Virus record (IMG/VR): IMGVR_UViG_3300045988_138147
Direction: 5' to 3' (one strand)
DNA length: 64,000 nt
From: a virus
Under the pieces are notes generated by a model. It ran no database searches. It saw nothing but the letters and a program-made list of their open reading frames with translations, and had not been told where the DNA came from. Of the stretch, positions 61,107 through 64,000 are shown one piece after another (the stretch's first letter is position 1; every line of letters starts with the position of its first letter). Made by a program: the position numbers and the translations under genes.

Positions 61107-62366
61107 TTAAATGACCGTCTTTAATCGTCCGTTACCATCCGTAAACCCGTTAAGTATTTCCGCCTCTTTTTCGGCTTCTTCCTTAGTCGGATAGCATTCT
61201 ATTATACAGTTGTCCAAATTATCTAATATGCCGTAATATCCAAGTGTTAACGGCTTATCCTTGACGGTGTAACGCTTTCCTTTTACTTTCTTCTCATAAA
61301 ATTCCACTCCCTCAGTAAGCGGGGTATAATGTGATGAAGCGCTAAGCGTGCCCGATTCTATTTTGCAATTAAACTCAATTATACCGGGCAGATCGTTTTT
61401 TAAACTGCTTTCCAGGCTTACACCGTCATAAGTTACACTATATTTTCGCTCCTTATCTGTGTACACGTTGAAAATATCGCCCGGCTGCATGTCCTCGCGT
61501 ACTTTCGCACTGGTTATGATTCCAGCGCCTTCAATGTTATAATAGCGCACGCCGTTAAAGTTGCCCATTTCGGTTAAATGGATATTACCTAACTTCTCCG
61601 GTTGTTTCGTTTCTTCCTCTAATTCCGGGATGTATATTTCTTCAGAAAGTGCCGGAAGTTCTTCCACGGCTTCCACCTTTTCGGAAGCCATCAGGTTGCG
61701 CACTTCGTCCGCTTTCTTCTTACTGAATATCCATCCGGCACGCTTTTCACCGTTGTAATTTAAAGACGGGTTAAAGCGTCCACCCAGTTCCTTTAATTGC
61801 TCTTTGATAGCCTTCGTATCACCAAAAACTGCAATCGCCTTTTCTGAATAGTCCACCATTTCCAAACCTTCAACCGTCACGGCTTCCATTTCTTTGGCTT
61901 CCTCAGCCTTTTCAGTCTTAATGCTGCTTTTCTTTGCTTTCGGCTCTATAACCTTATATTCGTCGCTTACTTCTATATGGATGTAAAAATTAGTATCAAA
62001 ATAGTCTTGCATGCCGTCTGAATCATTATAACGGAAAGAACTAGCATAAGTCGTAACAGCGTCCAACACTTTAAACATTTCCGGCGTTAACTCATTTTCC
62101 CAGCCCTTTACGGTTGACATTGTGGACATATAACCACGTTCCGCGCTTCTTGATCCTTCAACGAAAGGAACACAAGGGCCGGATTTTAATTCGATATACA
62201 TTGAATCAGTGTACATGCTCCATTCAGAACGAACCGAGAATTTAAACTCCGGGAAATTCTTCTTAGCATAAGATCTAACCTTTGCGGATATTTCTTTAGT
62301 TGATAACTTGCTGTCATAATTTGAACCAGCCCAACCGTTTGCGGTGTAGAAATTCATTGCTTTCAT
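61107..62366 (-). CDS. multi-domain hypothetical protein (419 aa), first gene of the minus-strand array
   Basis: ORF track. Central module VDYSEKAIAVFGDTKAIKEQLKELGGRFNPSLNYNGEKRAGWIFS recurs in mobile-element polyvalent proteins (from memory, unnamed). Confidence 0.7.
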   Translation of the reverse strand: MKAMNFYTANGWAGSNYDSKLSTKEISAKVRSYAKKNFPEFKFSVRSEWSMYTDSMYIELKSGPCVPFVEGSRSAERGYMSTMSTVKGWENELTPEMFKVLDAVTTYASSFRYNDSDGMQDYFDTNFYIHIEVSDEYKVIEPKAKKSSIKTEKAEEAKEMEAVTVEGLEMVDYSEKAIAVFGDTKAIKEQLKELGGRFNPSLNYNGEKRAGWIFSKKKADEVRNLMASEKVEAVEELPALSEEIYIPELEEETKQPEKLGNIHLTEMGNFNGVRYYNIEGAGIITSAKVREDMQPGDIFNVYTDKERKYSVTYDGVSLESSLKNDLPGIIEFNCKIESGTLSASSHYTPLTEGVEFYEKKVKGKRYTVKDKPLTLGYYGILDNLDNCIIECYPTKEEAEKEAEILNGFTDGNGRLKTVI

Positions 62367-62503
62367 AATGCTATAGTTTAAATTGTTTATAATTCAACAT
62401 TATAGCGTGATTAATAGCCTACTAATACCATGTACAGCCTATACACTCAATAGCTGTATGTTATCGTAATATCAGCAAACCAAAGAAAATAAATGGAAGA
62501 ATA

Positions 62504-62615
62504 TTTGCAAGAATCAAAACAGAGAAGTACCTTTGTCCCGTGTGATAGGAATGAGGTACTTTAGTATTTCGATCCTTTGAGAGCTTTAACATTGCCGTGT
62601 TAAGGCTCTCTTTTT
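62504..62615 (+). ncRNA. candidate ~75-nt sRNA with full Bacteroides promoter and intrinsic terminator
   Basis: -33 TTTG at 62504-07. -7 TAccTTTG at 62528-35, 20 nt after the -33 box. Terminator GAGAGC(t)TTAACattgccgtGTTAA(g)GCTCTC + TTTTT at 62579-62615. No ORF. Confidence 0.45.
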
Positions 62616-63187
62616 ATTCCAACACTTAATAACACGCTTTTGGATATCACGTATACGCTTCGCTTTACGTTTACCCTTGTGAAAAGTAATCGGATATCTT
62701 GTGTTATCACTATGTGATATCCTTTCCTTTTCACAATACAAAGGTACAAAAAAGTTACCATTCTACCAAATATTTGCCTGCTAAATTTGTAAAATTACAT
62801 GTTAAATAACATACAATTAGAAGCCTAATCAGTGCAATATTAAGCCCTTTTGCTTTCATCTTCACAATGTATCGCCTACACCTATCTTTGCCCTATATTG
62901 CCCTTATTAAAGCCGTATACAACGAATCAAACGAGCGCTGCAATGCGTTGCAAGTATACCCCGCCCCCTCTATGCCAGTGCAGCCGTAAACATCCGCCCT
63001 CTCCCGATTTTTTTTAATTTTTTTTCTGAATTTTCACGTCTTACAGTGTTGCAATATTTCGTATCTACAACATAATTTATTATGTAAAATAATATTATTC
63101 ATCATTATATCAATATTCATGTTTTGCGTTGATGCTTTCCTATGCAGATTGCTTTTATTCCCCTTTGTTTATTTAAATAATCAAAGG

Positions 63188-63220
63188 GAGTGAGGTGTTC
63201 GCTGTGCTCACTCTTTCTTT
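63188..63220 (+). terminator. intrinsic terminator in the ORF-free region
   Basis: GAGTGAGgtgttcgctgtgCTCACTC followed by TTTCTTT. Confidence 0.55.
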
Positions 63221-63390
63221 ATGTTACTTTCTTTCTATGTATTTTGGATTAGACATTTTTCCTTTATTTATATAGGGTATGTCTAATATGCAATGATGTA
63301 GTACTATGCAATACAAAGTACAGATATCAATATTACAAATATGCTTTTACTTTTAAGATTAAAAACTTAATGTTGAAACGGATTTAAATA

Positions 63391-63407
63391 TATCATAGTG
63401 ATAAATA
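63391..63407. promoter_or_regulatory. 17-mer TATCATAGTGATAAATA (copy 2), followed by the -7 box TAtaTTTG at 63443-50
   Basis: Identical to 37665..37681. Lies 65 nt upstream of the ATG at 63472. Confidence 0.6.
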
Positions 63408-63471
63408 TTAAAGTAAAGCTTTAATATATGAATTTAATTAATTATATTTGCGTGTATTATAATATTATAAT

Positions 63472-63939
63472 ATGAATGACTATAAGTTTTATATGATGCG
63501 TTACGGTGAGCTTGGTGCCGTTTGGAAAGACTTGGAAACGGGTTTTCCCGGATTGCGGTATAAAGAATGTACAGGCCTTAATTCGTATGGAGAGCCTACA
63601 AATATGTATGCAGAGGATTTTGCCGAAACAAGTAAGGCGGAGGTGTATGTTTCCAGCACACCGGCATACAAGCAGACAACTATAAAACTGACATTGATAT
63701 TCTTGGAGGATGATACCAAGGATGATAAGTCTTACCGTGACTTTATGGCTTTCATTACTGGCTCCAAGATTGCCTACCGTGATACAGCGAGGAAGAGAAA
63801 GGTTCTGATGTACCTTTCAGGAGCCACAGAGCCTAAAAGCGACACCCTTTACGGGCAGAAATACAAGGAAGTGACGTTTACGTTCAAGAACGTTTACGGA
63901 CATTCCTTCGGATATGACGAAACTTTTCCTAACGAATAA
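63472..63939 (+). CDS. virion structural protein, possibly distal-tail-like (155 aa)
   Basis: ORF track. First gene of a plus-strand operon carrying the same upstream 17-mer as the capsid operon. The product guess is weak. Confidence 0.5.
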   Translation: MNDYKFYMMRYGELGAVWKDLETGFPGLRYKECTGLNSYGEPTNMYAEDFAETSKAEVYVSSTPAYKQTTIKLTLIFLEDDTKDDKSYRDFMAFITGSKIAYRDTARKRKVLMYLSGATEPKSDTLYGQKYKEVTFTFKNVYGHSFGYDETFPNE

Positions 63940-64000
63940 AATTAAATTCTATATTGCTATGTTTTTAGAAACAGAGACCTTATCAGAAGCATTGTCTTTC

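Overview
The window reads as temperate siphovirus-like (tape-measure-type tail) phage DNA of Bacteroides type: TAnnTTTG promoter boxes, weak Shine-Dalgarno use, and family motifs common in Bacteroidales phages. All calls come from reading the sequence and hand translation. No homology search was run, so family names are from memory of motifs.

Layout:
- 1-11.4 kb, minus strand: early, recombination and replication operon. It holds DnaB helicase, a DUF4373 replication protein, a VRR-NUC nuclease, a NinB-like protein, an SSB-tail protein, an HNH endonuclease, a PD-(D/E)XK exonuclease, an ERF annealase and many small ORFs.
- 11.4-12.5 kb: regulatory region with duplicated structured elements, a G11 tract and a divergent switch.
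- 12.5-17.7 kb: XRE repressor followed by a markedly AT-rich accessory cassette (multi-TM protein, DUF4062/TIR-like protein, two single-TM coiled-coil proteins), then an RHH-YafQ toxin-antitoxin pair.
- 17.8-19.3 kb: tyrosine integrase next to a 42-nt tRNA-Gly(CCC) 3' fragment flanked by identical 17-bp repeats, which looks like an attP.
- 19.7-22.2 kb: a second tyrosine recombinase abutting a set of start-less alternative tail-fibre C-terminal cassettes. These share an 11-bp crossover motif in inverted orientation (shufflon-like).
- 22.2-37.6 kb, minus strand: tail fibres (collagen-like, SGNH esterase), a Tal-like giant protein, portal and TerL.
- 37.8-51.9 kb, plus strand: scaffold, capsid, neck, major tail protein, frameshifted chaperone, tape measure, holin, GH108 lysin, HicAB and a u-spanin candidate.
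- 52.1-55.7 kb: orphan cassette of unknown function.
- 55.8-57.4 kb: Xre-COG2856 protein plus PIN protein.
- 57.7-62.4 kb, minus strand: array of small genes with a serine recombinase.
- 62.4-63.5 kb: ORF-free regulatory region with sRNA candidates.
- 63.5 kb onward: start of another structural operon.

The most interesting candidates are the tail-fibre shufflon and the repressor-linked DUF4062/TM cassette, a putative prophage-encoded exclusion or abortive-infection system.
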